A stretch of DNA of 63,109 nt, counting the filler, from Dimorphilus gyrociliatus (lineage: Eukaryota > Animalia > Annelida): NCBI GenBank assembly GCA_904063045.1. It is 5 parts of 5 records of this genome, joined end to end, with 100 filler letters (N's around TTAATTAATTAA, not from the genome) between each part and the next. Parts side by side here need not be neighbours in the genome. Positions count along the whole stretch, not along the records: positions 20,005 to 46,965 come from CAJFCJ010000152.1; 4 more parts are not named here. The stretch is one strand, 5' to 3'. A program made the translations under genes and the position numbers. Of the stretch, positions 20,005 to 34,206 are shown piece by piece (position 1 is the first letter of the stretch; each line of letters begins with the position of its first letter). The notes under the pieces are model-generated. The model saw only the letters and a program-made list of their open reading frames with translations, did no database searches and was not told the origin of the DNA.

Positions 20005-22178
20005 ATCGTGCTGCTGAAAATGTTCTTGAACTCAATTGCACTTATCATATCTCTCTCTGCCCAGAAATGCCCAAAAAGAGTCAATCTTTAAAGTTGAAAG
20101 GCTATTGTGAAGGATTTTAAGCAATTACAAAGAATTCAAAATCTTATAAAATATTACCAAATAGTTCAATTTAAAAATGTTTGTTTTTGTCATAACAAAG
20201 TTATGGGGTATTGTATAAGGAATCACGTGATGAATAAATAAATTTTGTAATGATTGGACACGATTGTTAAATTAAATCGACAGAGAGAGAGAAAGATCTT
20301 GCAAAATGCTGTGCAATTTTCAATTCTCTTTGATTTTCTTATATCAATTGAAAAAAATTGATGAAGTGTTTCTAGAATCTCAACTGAATATTGATGTCTA
20401 TAACTTAACCAATGAACCAATTGGGTGATAATGATCGAATTGACATAAATAATAAAATGATCCTATTTAACAATGGTACCCATACATTTTCCAAAGTAGA
20501 AGATGCTGAGTTGATGGGAGAGGATGTAGACTGCTCAGCTGACTGTACAAAAGTTCCCGATAGTGATAATTTCTTGAAATTGGAAACTATAGATTCATTT
20601 CTATTTCAATTCTCCAACCATAAAGCTGATTTTCAACTACCATTAGTTCATTTTGGCAATATTCCGGTGCCTTTATATGTGATACATGCAAATAACGCTA
20701 GAACTAAATGTAAGGTCAAAGGTCAAATTATAAATTCCTTTTATAAAAATTATTTTACTTTGAAAAGTTGTAGAATATAGTTTGTACGTGAGAAATATTT
20801 GCTATAAACTGTCCCTAATGCCAAATGATGAACACGGCACACACTTTTTTAATAGACAGCTGGTTGAACTCTTTCTAGATTCATATCATTCAAATGTTCA
20901 AGGATACGATTGCCTTAAGCCACTCATTTCAAATAAGATAAATTGTATCGTTACTTTTAAGAAATTGAATAAAATATGGCTTTTAAAATGTCGAAATATG
21001 GTGGAAGTTGATTTAATGGGCAGTTCCAAATATTTAAGAAGTTTGTTCAAAAATTCACAGAAATAACAATAGAATACTTGAATTTGTAGAAGGTTTCTAC
21101 AGACTGAGGAATCCCTGAAAGAACTGCAGAGAAGAGAGGAATTTTAGAAACTTATAAATAAAATAGGTATTGCTTCCTGAACTGCGTTACTGTTTGTTGC
21201 TATATTTGTCGGGTAGATGTAACCCTGAGAGCTTCTAGCACCTTCTCCATCACTTTTCTCAGCCTTTGCACGTCACTTCCTTCAAGAACAGAATTGTCAA
21301 CATACAAGAGACACATACATTTCCACACACGCATACACGGAGTATATAAGGAGGAAGCACATCTGATTAATGCATGTATCTAAAAATTGTTCCGTGTAGA
21401 AGTCTTTTTCAACAGATGTAGTTTTTTGTTTCATAGCCCGCAATTGATTTTCCATGGTTTCTTCATCATGATCATCATTTAAACTATCACCCAAGCAATC
21501 ATCTAACTCTTCTAGATCCTCTTTATCAATATAAAAGCATTTAAACTTGTCTTTCCTAACTATAACAATATTGCTATTCTGTTTTTCTTCATTCAGTCTG
21601 TCTTTGAGTAAGTTACAAAAATCAATTACTTCGTCTCTTTCTCGATACACAGTCAAGATGATGATAATTTTCTTAACCTCCTTTAATATGTTGGACCTCT
21701 CTAATGTTATGGAGACACTGTTATCTTCTTGACTAAAGAATATGTCTTTAATGGTTTATAATATATTGATGTTTGCTTTGTTGTTGCTTGGAACTCAGAA
21801 ATGAGGACTATGGCTTATAACTTTATGGACTCAATGAATCCCATGACATGTTAAGTTTATGTCAGATACGAATAGAAATATTCAATATCCCAGTCTCGTA
21901 TGTTGACTCCGATTTTGTCTTGAACAGGAATATAAGTTTGACCTAATTCTTTATTGAGGACTCGATGGACATAATAATGTAAAGAGAGGAGAGATAGCAG
22001 AAGCAAAAAATCATAGAGAATATTTTGGTAGCTTAATGATGTAATAAAATTGCTTACTTTCTCCAAAAACTGGAGAAATATTATCGTTTTTTAAATTTTT
22101 ATGTACAAGGTTAAAAAAGTCCTTTAATTAAAAAGTGTTCATTTTCCTTTATTTAACAATAAACAGTAATTTATTTGT

Positions 22179-24948
22179 TTAGAAAATAATATTTTTTTGC
22201 AATAATTTTCTTGTAAACCAACCAAATGAAATGATATTATCAAATCCATTCTCTTCATTCTTTTGAATTACTGATGGAAAGTATAAGTGATAATTTCCTT
22301 TCTCCTTATTAAAAAAAATAGAATCAATTGTAATTTGGCCATTTAAAATAAAATTTTGTGAATGTAGAAAGTGAATCCCTTTTGCAATTTGATTGATACA
22401 CTTTAAATATTTTGATGCTTTAAAGAAGCAAACTGTTAAGGTCAGTTTTTCATAAAAAGGTTGTCATTGTTTGTGCAAAGGTGATGATTTGAATAAACAT
22501 TAGATATATGTTGAACTATAATAAAAAAAATTTTATCACAATTAAAGAAAACATTTGTAATTCAAACCTGCTTTAATATTTTCACTAATCAAGAATTTTT
22601 CTCTGGTCAGTCTGTGAAAAAAAGAAATAAAAATATTAATGCAGCTGATTGAGAAACGAAAACTTTAGAGTGCAAGAAAGAAAACCTTTCACGAATTAAT
22701 TTGTTTTTCCTGTTATATAAATATTTTAAATATTCATCAAAAGACAATATGATTGGATTTGTTAGAGAATTGATAGGGAAAAACAATGCAATATATAATA
22801 TATAAGCATCAATTGTCATATCCAGATTATAGAAAAATATTAAATTTCCTGTCATAATACAAACAAAACCATTTAAAAACAAACTGTAAGAAATGTAGTA
22901 ATATCACCAAACAACCTAAAATGCTATTTACTATCCATAGTGTGAAGTGAATAATAACTATTAATTGAAAGTTGTATTTCATGCTTCTCTTTGATTTGCT
23001 GTTTAAATTATTCTTTACATTATGTGATGATTTGCTTATATACATCAACAGTTTTATATTAATATACATGATAATACGACTCAATAAAGGAATGACATAT
23101 GAAAATAAAATTAAAGAAAATGTTGAAAGACTCATATTTTTAGCATTTTTGTCATTTATACTAAAAATATTAAGGCAAATTGGAGTGTCAACAACTGTCT
23201 TCTTGAGATTTATGAAAAAAAATTTAAAAATACATTTAGTATTTTGTTTTTTAAAAATTTTTTACCATAAAAAGTTTGAAATATAAGCCAATTACACAAC
23301 CAAAAATGAAAATTACAAGAAATAATATTTGCAATTTATATTTATTCAAGTTTTAAATGGTGTTGTTATAGCTATATATTTTTGTAGAGTAACTGTTAAC
23401 ATTAAGATTGAAGAGAGATATAGAGATGAAATTATAATTGTTTGAATTACTTGACAGAATATACTATTTATCAATATACCCAGATATTCCATATAATCAT
23501 CTCCATAGTAGGCATCAATGATTGGAATTATAATAAAACACATTGAAAGTAAAATTAAATCATTAAGTGATATAAATAAAATATAAAATTTAGATATTTT
23601 ATAAAACCCAAATTATATGATATTAAGAAAATGTTTGATAAAATACAAAAAATATATATAAACCAAATAACTACTCTAATATAATTTGAATGTATCAATC
23701 TTAAACAACTATGCATATTTAATCTCTTTGGTTTACAATCTAAATGATTACCAATTGTTTTCCAGGCTGTACAACATAAATGAAATTTATCATTTTCTAA
23801 TATTTTCAACCTTGTTACATGGATAAAAATTGAATTTTTTACCAAATATGGTAATTTTGTATTTGTTAATATCAATGTTGTTAATTGTGATAATGGTTTG
23901 AAAGAGGTACTTTTAATTTCTTTTAAATTGCAATATGACATTTTAAGAAATATCAATTTTCTTAAAATTATAAAATCATTATTTTCAAGTGAATGGATTA
24001 ATGTTGATGATAAATCTAAATATAGAAGATTGATACAACGCAATTGTCTTATAAATTTTAAAGATGATATTTCTTTTGTCTTTGTTATATTAAGAAATTG
24101 TAACATTCCTAATGAACCATCAAATATTGACAAATTTTTATCATTAACTATTTTTATATCGTTGAGCGATAAATGGAAAAGATTTGGAAACATACTTGTT
24201 CTAGATTGATTGCTAGATAAATTGGACAAGTGTATGGTTAAAACTTTCAATTCTAATGAACTTTGAAAAAAATCTTTTGGTATTGGACCATTTGTTAAAA
24301 TATTTTTCAGAATTTGTTTAACTATATGTCTTGATGAAATTTTTCTTTTATTCACACCAATTTCAAAAGCACATTGTAGATTAAATATTGAAATTACTTG
24401 ACACTTTTTACTTATTTCATTATTAAGCAAATTGCAAACTAATTCATCACTTCCATACTGACAGTGGGAAATATTGTCACATATTGTATTAGGTAAAAGA
24501 TAGACATTCTCATTTTTACATTTAAAGTAACCTTTTGGTAAGAACTTGTCTAAAAAATTTACAAAGTATTTTTAATGAAATCTCCTTAGAGTATTTTAAA
24601 AGAAAATTCACCACAATCTTCTTCATCATCACCCAAAGGGCAATGCTTGAGACCATCACAAACTAGCTCAATGCTCAAACAGAAATATTGTCTGTGACAT
24701 AAATAATAACCTTCATTACAAAAGTCAACTTTACATTTCTTAATATATAAATCTGTTATAGGAGCATTTAATGAGTCTGTTTTAAAATAACAAAAGTTTT
24801 CATTATTTTTAGGGTATAAATATGCTAAAAATTCATCAAAACATGAACAGTCGCATTTTCCATCATATTCATAGAAAAGGGGTAAACATTGTTTACCGCA
24901 TTTATATTGCTTAAAACTGCATTTTATATGGAAAAAAATATTGAACAC

Positions 24949-24979
<31 letters not shown>

Positions 24980-25370
24980 GCAGAGAGAAATAAACAGTTA
25001 TACCAGTTTTATATTTTTCAAGTATTGCATTTTCTTTCAAACACAATTCATCACTGCTATCAAAACAATTTCTTTCATTATCACAAATGTACATTTCTTC
25101 AATACATTGTGATTTTTGACACATTCTAAATTTGACAAAAGAAAAACACGTGTTATTTCTATTTCATTGTCTTTACTCAAAAAACAATAATACTCTAAAC
25201 TTACTCTTTGCCATACCAACTTTTCTTGACTAAAGAAAACAGTTGTCATATTAGAAGCATAATTGAAAAAAAAATTGATTGAGTGTTTTTTCTCATACCA
25301 CATAACTCTTCATCAGAGCCATGAGAACAGTCTTTTACAAAATCACATAATCTTTTATAGTTTACTGTTT
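22179..25370 (-). CDS. GRL101-like LDLa(n)-LRR-7TM receptor with pseudokinase-like tail; several 1-nt frameshifts (pseudogene or homopolymer errors); 5' exons may extend to ~28423
   Basis: At least five LDLa repeats (e.g. LVCDGLKHCPLGDDEEDC, ICDNISHCQYGSDELVC), LRRs, TM3 VTLQKY, TM7 PINSLTNPII, 44-nt exon 22611-22568, tail YLKCINQIAKGIHFLHSQN...FDNIISFGWFTRKLLQK. Confidence 0.8.
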
Positions 25371-25483
25371 GATTTTGTGTTGTTGTGAAGCAGGAAAAAT
25401 GATGATACATTTCATTTGAACAATTTTCTTCATCTTCTCCAAATAGGCAGTCTTTTTCCCCATCACATTTGTATACTTTATTG

Positions 25484-25690
25484 GGGGCCGACAGAAAACG
25501 TCCCCAAATGAGATTTTTGAAAGCAACATTTCGGATTGAAAAATGGTTAGGAGGGGTAAAGTAGCTTTTGATTTATAGTTAGGGGGGTTCCATCTAAGGG
25601 TTAGGAGCAATCAAAAAGGTTAAGGAGAGACAAGGGCTAGGTTAGGGTTAGGGTTAAATCATGAATTTGGGGACGTTTTCTGTCGTATCC
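25484..25690. mobile_element. Mutator-type MITE (207 bp) with internal TTAGGG motifs
   Basis: TIR CGACAGAAAACGTCCCCAAAT and its reverse complement; perfect 9-bp TSD ACTTTATTG. Confidence 0.92.
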
Positions 25691-28600
25691 ACTTTATTGA
25701 TATATATTTCAGTTTTTTTACAATAGAAAACATTTAGTTTAAAACTGATTCCATCATTCACATTTAAAATATTAAATGTTGATAAATGCTGAATCTTTTC
25801 TTCATCTGTAAAGAAAATATGAAAAGCAAATGAGTTTAATAAAAATTTTATAAAAGCTTTGTATTTTATGGCAAAAAAAGTAGCTTTTAACTGCGTAGTC
25901 ACGAAAATAAATAATTTTACTGAAAGTGCTATGGCAAATGTTTAATATGGTCTGATGTTCTTTTTGGCTATTTTAAAGAAAATATTTTGATTTAAAATTC
26001 AAAAAAATAAAATTGTTAAAAAGTTTTCAAATACTTCACCAACATGAAATCTATTTGTTGGTGAAAAAAATCTTTGTCCATTACTTACATTATTGCTTTT
26101 GAAATTAATATTATTCTTCAGTGTGATCAATGTATATATTAAAAAAGGTTTATTGCATGGTATAGAAATTTTAAAAAATAATATACCGGAAATGTAAATA
26201 ATTTATAATAGCTGTTTGTTTCAAAAAAATTATTTATTGAAGGAAAGTAACTGTTCAAATTAAGGTTTTCATATTTGTTGGTCTGAAATTCATTTTGTCA
26301 ATTGGAATGTTACTATGATTAATGCCAATTATGCTAAATGTTTCTAATTTTTTCTTTTGACTATACAGTTTTCTTTTTAGTTTTTATATAATTTATTATA
26401 TTCTGTACTATTCTATACACCATATTCACACACATATATATATATATATGCTTACCATTGTAATTGAGACTGGTATATCTGTAGTTACATCACTACTAGT
26501 AACAAATAAATCTCTTCCTTTGATTTTCTTTTTCAAATATACACAAGATATGAATCATATAGTTTTGTGCTAGTAAAACAAGACAATTCGTATGGTAAAA
26601 TTATAGTTGACAAGAATGAAAAAATAAATCTTCTTTTCAATGTTGGAAAATCTGAATATGTTAAATTCAATTTATTACAATGTTGTATATGATCAATAAT
26701 ATTTGAATCAGTTTCTTTTTGATAAATTTAGTAGCATACACCAAGAATACTAATAACAAACTCTCCTTTACATTCTATAATTTATAAATTTTTTTTTGTC
26801 AAATTGAACAAATTGGAACATTTTAGAAGAAATTACCTAAAACCTTCTTTCTGAAACACTCAATGGAACATGGATACCAAGTTCTCGCTCTATTCACTCT
26901 ATAGATTATTTTTATGCGTAGAATTGTGTTTTTAAATTTGGTTATACAATTACTTACTCAGACTTTAATATGCAATTTGAAATTGATGTTGCATTGTTCA
27001 AACATATAATTGTGCTATAATATGAATTACCTGTAATTCTATAATCAACTTCATTTTTGAGAGTAAAAGGTTGAACTTTGTTAACAATTGTTCCGTAAGA
27101 AAAACCAAAAAATGAGCAAAGAACATTCACTGAAGTACTTTCAATGTAGAGAAAATCATACCAAATGTCTGATAAAATCTAGAAAAGGAAAATATAAAAA
27201 TCAATTGTATTTATATTGAAATCTATCACTTAATATAAAACTTGAAAATTTCCAATAAATTGTTTATAGCTGTATGAATCTTTCAGATATAAACTTCCTG
27301 ATGGATTATAAAATCTGATATCTAAATATTTGAACAAGTGGATAGAAGTTTATAGATAGAACAAATGGAAAAACTCATAGTACTATTATCTTTTGGAATT
27401 GGTTCACAAACAACATTAAGGTTAACATATGTGTGCGATGTATATAGCTTCACTAGGAAACAACTGCTTACATTCAATAGCAAATGGTCTATACTGATAA
27501 TAAATTTTAAAATTTTTAAAGTATGAATAGAAAACATAGAAAATTTTCTAACTGTTCTTTCCTCTTCTGAACATTTTAAAGAGAAATATAGAAAAAAATC
27601 CTTTTCATAGATTTTATGAAAAGTTAAGAGTACTTTTTCATTTGAAGTTAATTCAAAATTTCTTTTAAACTTTAGCTCTAATTGGATTATTTAATGCTAA
27701 AATATTAGTAGAAAGTGAAAAAATGAGCAAACCATTCAATTCTTGAAAACTACATATAAAATGTTTTGTATTTATTAAATTTTTAACAATTTTTAAAGAT
27801 AATAATTTATATGTTTCATTTACTAAAATTGCCATTTCATTTGATAAATATTCTTTAAATGAAACACTGCTATAAGCTATAAATTCTGATTTTTTGCACA
27901 AATAATTTGAAGAATATTTGACTTTATGAACCAGATACAATATATTATTACTGTCTTTGAAATGCAATTGGTAATTTCCATTAGAGATATGAATGTTAAA
28001 AAAATCTGCAAAAACACCAACAACAAATAAAAAAAACAATTAATATTTAATTTAATTTCTTTTTACATTTTTCATCTTTCTTATAACATCTCAATTTTAG
28101 AATGTGAACATATTCTCTTGCAAATGCAACTTTTTTAGAATGATACCTAAAATTGTTATATAATTGTCATCATTAATTATAGTATATTTGATATATTTGA
28201 TAGAAAATATTAAATTTTACACCAGATAGGTATTTTTCATTTTAGATTCTAAGATTCTTCCTATAATTTGAGTTGCAACATATTTTTCAGGTAACATTCT
28301 TATAGCCATAGCCTGAGAATGATTTTTATAATAAAATTTATTAGTCATAATAAAAGTTCCATTGTCAATTAAAACTTTTGCTATAAAATATAAATACAAA
28401 AAATTTACATTGAAAATTTTCATTTTTCTTAAAGCGGACTTGTCTTGAAAGGTCTATAACAAGTTGTAGAATATACAAGGATTTTGTCAGATTTTATTGA
28501 TTTAATTGGTATGCAAGAAATAGCATTTTTCTCTATTGAACAATTATCAAAATGAAATGGCTTTTCTTTTTAGGAAAAATTTATATTATTGTCTTGTTAA

Positions 28601-29929
28601 ATTAACTAAAAAATGCAGTGGTAATAGTTACAAAAAATACATCAGCTCTGAGAAATCTACACGCATCATTCCTTGCAGAAAAACGTCTTCTTTCACAAAT
28701 AAAATCAGAAGCATCATATGCTTTTGTATATTCTTGAAATACACATTGAGAAGTTCCAAAAGTTTTAGATAAGCAGAAATATTTGACGTCTACTGATTTA
28801 TAACGTCTAAACCATAATTTTAATAGAGAAAGCTGCACTTTAGTCAAAGATTTCCTCATTATGAATGTTGTTAAATCTATTTTAAAAACTCTATAGGTAT
28901 AATGGTATAAAAACTACTTTATTCAAACCAGATAATTCAAGGTATGTACAAGTTAAATGAGGACTATTCAAAAAAAATTTTTCAATTTTAATATTAATTT
29001 TGTCATCATTGTTTTTGTCAAAAAACACTCTAGCACCATATTCTGTATTGTTATCATTGATTGGATAATCTTCCCAAACAAAAAATTCACTTTTTGAGCA
29101 TAATTTTCTTCTAAAAAATTTTGTAGTTTTTTTTTCATTTTTTCTTAAATATAACAGAAAATTTCTTGTTGATGATAATTGCTTTGAAAAAATGTAATAG
29201 AGAAAAAAACTAGTTTTGAATTTATGAAGAGAGAAAAGAGCAATTAAAAATTTTTTTTTCCTACATGTTGACTTGGGTTTGAAACATTTTAAATTGACAA
29301 TTCTTTTTGCTGAAGTTCTCTGTGTGTAGCTGTTTAAAGTTGTAAAATTTTTGCATAGCACTTAAATATATTCTTACAATTTGCAACATTTTCCTCTGCT
29401 ATTATTTTCTAGCAAAACAGTTGATTTCTTCAAAATATTTTCTGTTGCATTTATAAAAGAATAGAATAAATCATATCCCAAATATTTGCACATTTCATTG
29501 CCTAGGAATTGTTTGATGGTTGGTCGATAGGTTATTTTATAGATCTTGACATTTCCTTTCAATTTTACAGAAGGTATAGCATATATGAAATTTTCACCAT
29601 CAAAACTTGTCTCTCTTATAAATACTTTGCCACTAGTAGTATTAGTACTATTATCAATAAGAGAAGTATGTTTTTCCTTTATAGGCCTAATAGACTATTA
29701 ATGAGAGGCCTCCCCAAAATGGTTGATGTGACAGAAAACATTCATTAAATGACTAACAACTTTCATAGTTCTTTTTAAAACATTACCTTACCATATTTGT
29801 TTTAGTGTAATTTATGACATTTTTTCCTAATCCATAATAATCAACGTTAGAAATTTCACTAATCAAAACCTAATATATATCTCTAAATATAGAAAATGAA
29901 AATAGAACAATATCGCCCATAGTTTCAAA

Positions 29930-30730
29930 ATGGCCACCAACCTAAATGTCACTCAAGAAGACCAATTTAAATGTTTATTTTGCTTGAAATATTTTATAAC
30001 AAATGAGCCTGAAAAACTTCCTTGTGAACATGCATATTGTTTTGAATTTATTCAACAATTTCAAAGGAAAAATCCAATATGCAGACAATATGCGAAAATA
30101 TCAAATGGTGATATTAATGAACTGCAAAAGAATCCAATGGAAAATTGTTCACAAAGCTTGAATGACAACCTTGAAACTTAAAAAGAACTATGATTATATG
30201 TTTGACAGAAATTTTACTTGTAAGGATCTTGAAAATGTAGTAAACCGATTAAAATCAGAGAAACAAGTAATGGAGTTGAACTTGGAAGATCGTAATTTGA
30301 ATGAATCGCAAAGTATTGATATTGGAAATGCGCTTAAACATTGCTCAAAAATAGAAACGATAAATCTATCTAGGAATAAAAATATGGGAAATGGATTATT
30401 GACTATTTGTCAAGGACTTCAAATGTCATCAAATACATTGAAGAATTTTGATTCGGTTGGTGTTTTTTAAATGAAAAACAAAGTAGAGCAATCGGAAATT
30501 TACTAAGATGTTGTGACGGAATTGAAAAAATAAACCTCTGTTATAATTTTCAAATGGGAAATGGAATATTACCTATTTGTAAAGGACTTCAAAGGTCAGC
30601 AAATACTTTAAAGGAACTAGATTTGGATTCTTGTGATTTTAATGAAGAGCAAGGAATCGAGATTGGAAAATTGATGGAAATTTGTTTTGGTTTAGAAACA
30701 ATAAATCTGTTTGGCAATAGGTTTATGTAA
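29930..30730 (+). pseudogene. RING finger + RNI-like LRR gene, disrupted
   Basis: CLFC...LPCEHAYC RING followed after a stop/frameshift by LRRs (LKHCSKIETINLSRNKNMGNG, LRCCDGIEKINL). Confidence 0.6.
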
Positions 30731-31429
30731 AATGGAATAATGAACGTTGTGAAATAGCTCTAATGTGTTTTAAAAGCTAATTAAGTGTGTCAAACTAAAT
30801 CTTACTAAGAGGCATTAACTGTAGGAGAAACCCTATTGATAACAATGAATATTGCTGAAAAAGAGTGTTGAGCGAAAATCTCACCAAATAAATTATCAAC
30901 ATTGTTCTTCAGTTTCTGGTAAATAGTTTGAAAACTTTTAAAATGCAGCTTTAAAAATTACAAATTACTTTATCCTTCGTTAGGTTAGGGTTAGGGTAAA
31001 AATGAAAAATAGGGGACGTTGACATGGACATAAAGAGTTACAGAACATTTTAATGCTAATTTTTTTTGCCAATAAATTTTTTTCTGTTCTATCTAATCTT
31101 TCAGCAAATAAATTGATTTATTCATCAATAGTTCAGCCTAGAAGAGACTTTGTAAACCTCATCTTCTCTCTACATGATTTGACATACCGAAAAACCATAA
31201 TACTCTCACCACCAAATTTTACAGTGTGATGCTCCCATTTCTGTCAGTAGTTCTTTTAAAGAGAGACAGAAACAGAGACAAAAAAGATCTAAAACAGACA
31301 ATTTGAAATGAGAATATTAACTCTTAAATTCTTAATTTAATAATCCTGCTCTGCTCATAGTTTCAAAACTGGATTTTTGTTTAAGTCTTCTCATATCTAG
31401 TTTTTGTTCATCATTTACCATAATAGATA

Positions 31430-32100
31430 TTATTGACTGAGAAAGTGGTCATGTTCCAAATGATACATCAATGTCATATAAACCATCAATTGTAACTTTT
31501 CATGTACTATTTTTAGAACTCCAACCAAAATTTGTATCCAGAACAACTTTATCATAGTTTATCTTTTTGGTTATAGTTGTTATTAAATGATTAGTTTTAT
31601 AGACAAAAAATGCTGGACTTTTTACAGTTGCATTCAATTTAAATCCTGAAATATAGGTTTCAGTATTATCGGAATGTGTGTCTAAATGTCCAGCAAGTAA
31701 TTTTAATGAAAATTTTCTCATCTTGACTTAAATAAACAATTTTTCCATTTGATATTTGAGAGGTATAAGAATAGAGATGACCTTGTCAATGGATCTCTCG
31801 AAAGATATTAAGTTTACCATTTATTGTTAAGCTCATTATACAATGTTTCTTACTAGCATTGTTAGCTCAATTCTATATGGAATGTAAAACGCAATTTTTA
31901 AGGTAGCAGATATATAAAGGCGAATTAGACTTCCAACACTTTGATAGTTTGAACCTTTCCTAATAAAAAAAAAACGTTATTTGTTTCATACATAAAACCA
32001 GACCAAGATGTTTATGAGCCATTTCCACTGACAATATCAGCATCATAATTTAGTGATACATATGTTTGATCAGAAGTGGATAATGAATATAATCCAGATT
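31430..32100 (-). pseudogene. C1q-domain-like gene fragment with in-frame stops
   Basis: PAFFVYK...INYDKVVLDTNFGWSSKNST*KVTIDGLYDI resembles the gC1q core. Confidence 0.4.
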
Positions 32101-32154
32101 AATTTCGTATAGTTTGCTTTATATACTCCTTTAAGGGTTTATATTTGACATAAC

Positions 32155-32290
32155 TCAATGTTCACAAAAACAAAAGTAACATTTGAAGACAAAGAAAAGT
32201 TGTAAATATGCTCATGTTTTTATTGTTTTCCTCTTCAAAATTATAGTTGAATAACGAAGTTTGGAGAGTTGCATAAGATGTAACAATTTT
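32155..32290 (-). repeat. Internal fragment of LTR subfamily A
   Basis: Reverse complement of ~5660-5800. Confidence 0.7.
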
Positions 32291-32669
32291 TTTCACTGCT
32301 AATCAACGTAGTGTAATACCAACCCAATACAATCTATCAATAGCAAATAAAAGTGATAAATTCATGTGTGCATAACCTTCTAAAAACTCATTTTGTCAAT
32401 CAACTAGAAGATTAGACAGAAAAGGATTTTTGGCAAAAATATTAGCATTGAAATGTTCTATGAATTGGAAGAGTTTAAGAATACAACAGAAAATGCCCTA
32501 ACTGAGATAGAAAACGGTACCAATCGGAACAGAAATTGGCCCCAACATTTTTCAACATAAAAAATATATATGTAAGAAATAAATTATATTTATGAAAGAA
32601 TGTTTATTTGACAAGTTAAATATATTACAAGACTACAACTTAAAAAATTGTCCAATTTAATAACACTGA

Positions 32670-33289
32670 TTGTATCTTATTGAGCTTCTAAGTAAAGTTC
32701 AAAACACTTTTCTAGAACTTCTGATGAAGTCATCTCATGGCTTTCAAATCTTTGCTAAATTGCTCCAACCTTACCATTTAAATGAATGGGTAAACCTTCA
32801 GCATCGTTAATAATCCAAGTTCTTTTGGATTTTTCTGTAATTTGCTTGATTCCAATGGAATAAGCATCCTGACAGATCTATACTTTCCCAATTATTTAAT
32901 TCAGCTTTCCAAACTGCTTCGAAATCCATAACAATTTTTTTGGTACTTTATATTGTAGCAGTTGATTAATGCACTGAAAAACAGGAAAATGAATATTAAA
33001 TGCATTTCAAAGAAAACTTGAAATTAGCATTACTGTTGTAGTTCTCCTCAGGTATACTTTTAAATGAATCCTCCATAATTATATCATTTTCACTAAAATG
33101 TAATGTATATTTATCCAGAGGGCTACTCCTACTAATATTATCAACAAGCCTGGACTCTGCATCACAATTCAATGGCCTGAATAGAGTAACCACTTCTTCA
33201 TGATCAACATCCATTATTATATTTTGCACATCTATCTCTTCCTTTGTATCATTTTGTACACATTTAGGCAGTTCGTAGGTACTAAACAC
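32670..33289 (-). mobile_element. Internally deleted MULE remnant
   Basis: IVMDFEAVWK..SGCLFHWNQ peptide; 3' end matches 46285-46365 (SEVLEKCFELYLE). Confidence 0.7.
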
Positions 33290-33479
33290 GTAAGCTTATA
33301 ACCAGGCTCACAAATTCACACAATACACCCAAATTGTTACATTTCATTCATCAATGGAAAGCAATATTGAAAGAGTATTATAGAGTACTCTACACGCCTA
33401 AAACTACAACATACACTATTTAAACTAACTAGATGTTAACCCAAATTATTATACACATCATATTTAATGAATATTAATT

Positions 33480-34186
33480 ATATCTTCCACTATTCTATTT
33501 ATATTTGGAGTTTTTAGATTATTGTCACTTTTGAACAGTATTGTATGCACAATACTATATTGGATGATTAAGTTTAATACTTTTATGCTACCAGTCCTTT
33601 ACACAGAAACATATTATCTTACACAAACAATTATTATTAATAATTTGTTGTATATTAAAACAGCATCAAGTTGACCTTTTCCTATTTTTGTGTTTTGGAA
33701 TCAATCCAACTGCTATTAATAATTGTTACATCTTAGGCAACTTTCTGACCTACTAAAATAGGGAGCAAAGGTTCTCCAAGATAAAGAAAAAGTAACAAAC
33801 ATGGAAGTATATTTGAACTTTCCCTTTATCCAAATTGTTACATTTGTTTGTGTGAATATTTTTATCTGTCAACTGTGAACTATTGGAAAAGTATATAAAC
33901 CCTTAGAATTTAACAGTAGTCAGTTCAGTTTTCTAACCATCAGCTGGTTCTTCAAACTTGCTTGTTTAGAACTAGAAACTCATTTACTCAAATACATATT
34001 CTTTGAATGAAATACTGGTGTTTGTTGGTTAATTTTTACTGGAATTATATTTATTAAGACTACTTGTGGACGAACTTGAAAGGTTCTATTTGGACCAGTA
34101 CTTTGGCACATTGGTAAATGATTGGAGAGGACGAATTTGATAGCGACGAGCTAGGACTTCCTACAATTACAATAGAACAAAGTACA
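33480..34186 (+). mobile_element. Diverged LTR copy (5' boundary uncertain)
   Basis: Colinear with 5450-6116 and ends CAAAGTACA. Confidence 0.75.
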
Positions 34187-34206
34187 TATTTAGATATTTA
34201 TTTTCA

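Noticed and set aside
20005-22070. Fragmented ORFs 20412-21066 (+) and 21297-21656 (-), with a VTSTRQI motif faintly like tyrosine-recombinase elements
   Set aside because: Broken by stops and no catalytic R-H-R-Y set recognisable; cannot be assigned without a profile search.
25600-25670. TTAGGG/CCCTAA tracts (also ~30985, 55150, 57110, 58670, 59760) as telomeres or chromosome fusion sites
   Set aside because: Only 2-3 units each, and most sit inside dispersed MITE-like repeats rather than at contig ends.
25654-29562. Cys-containing ORF pieces as the N-terminal exons of the 22-25 kb receptor
   Set aside because: Plausible (signal-peptide-like start at 28423), but I could not trace a continuous spliced frame, so they are not called separately.
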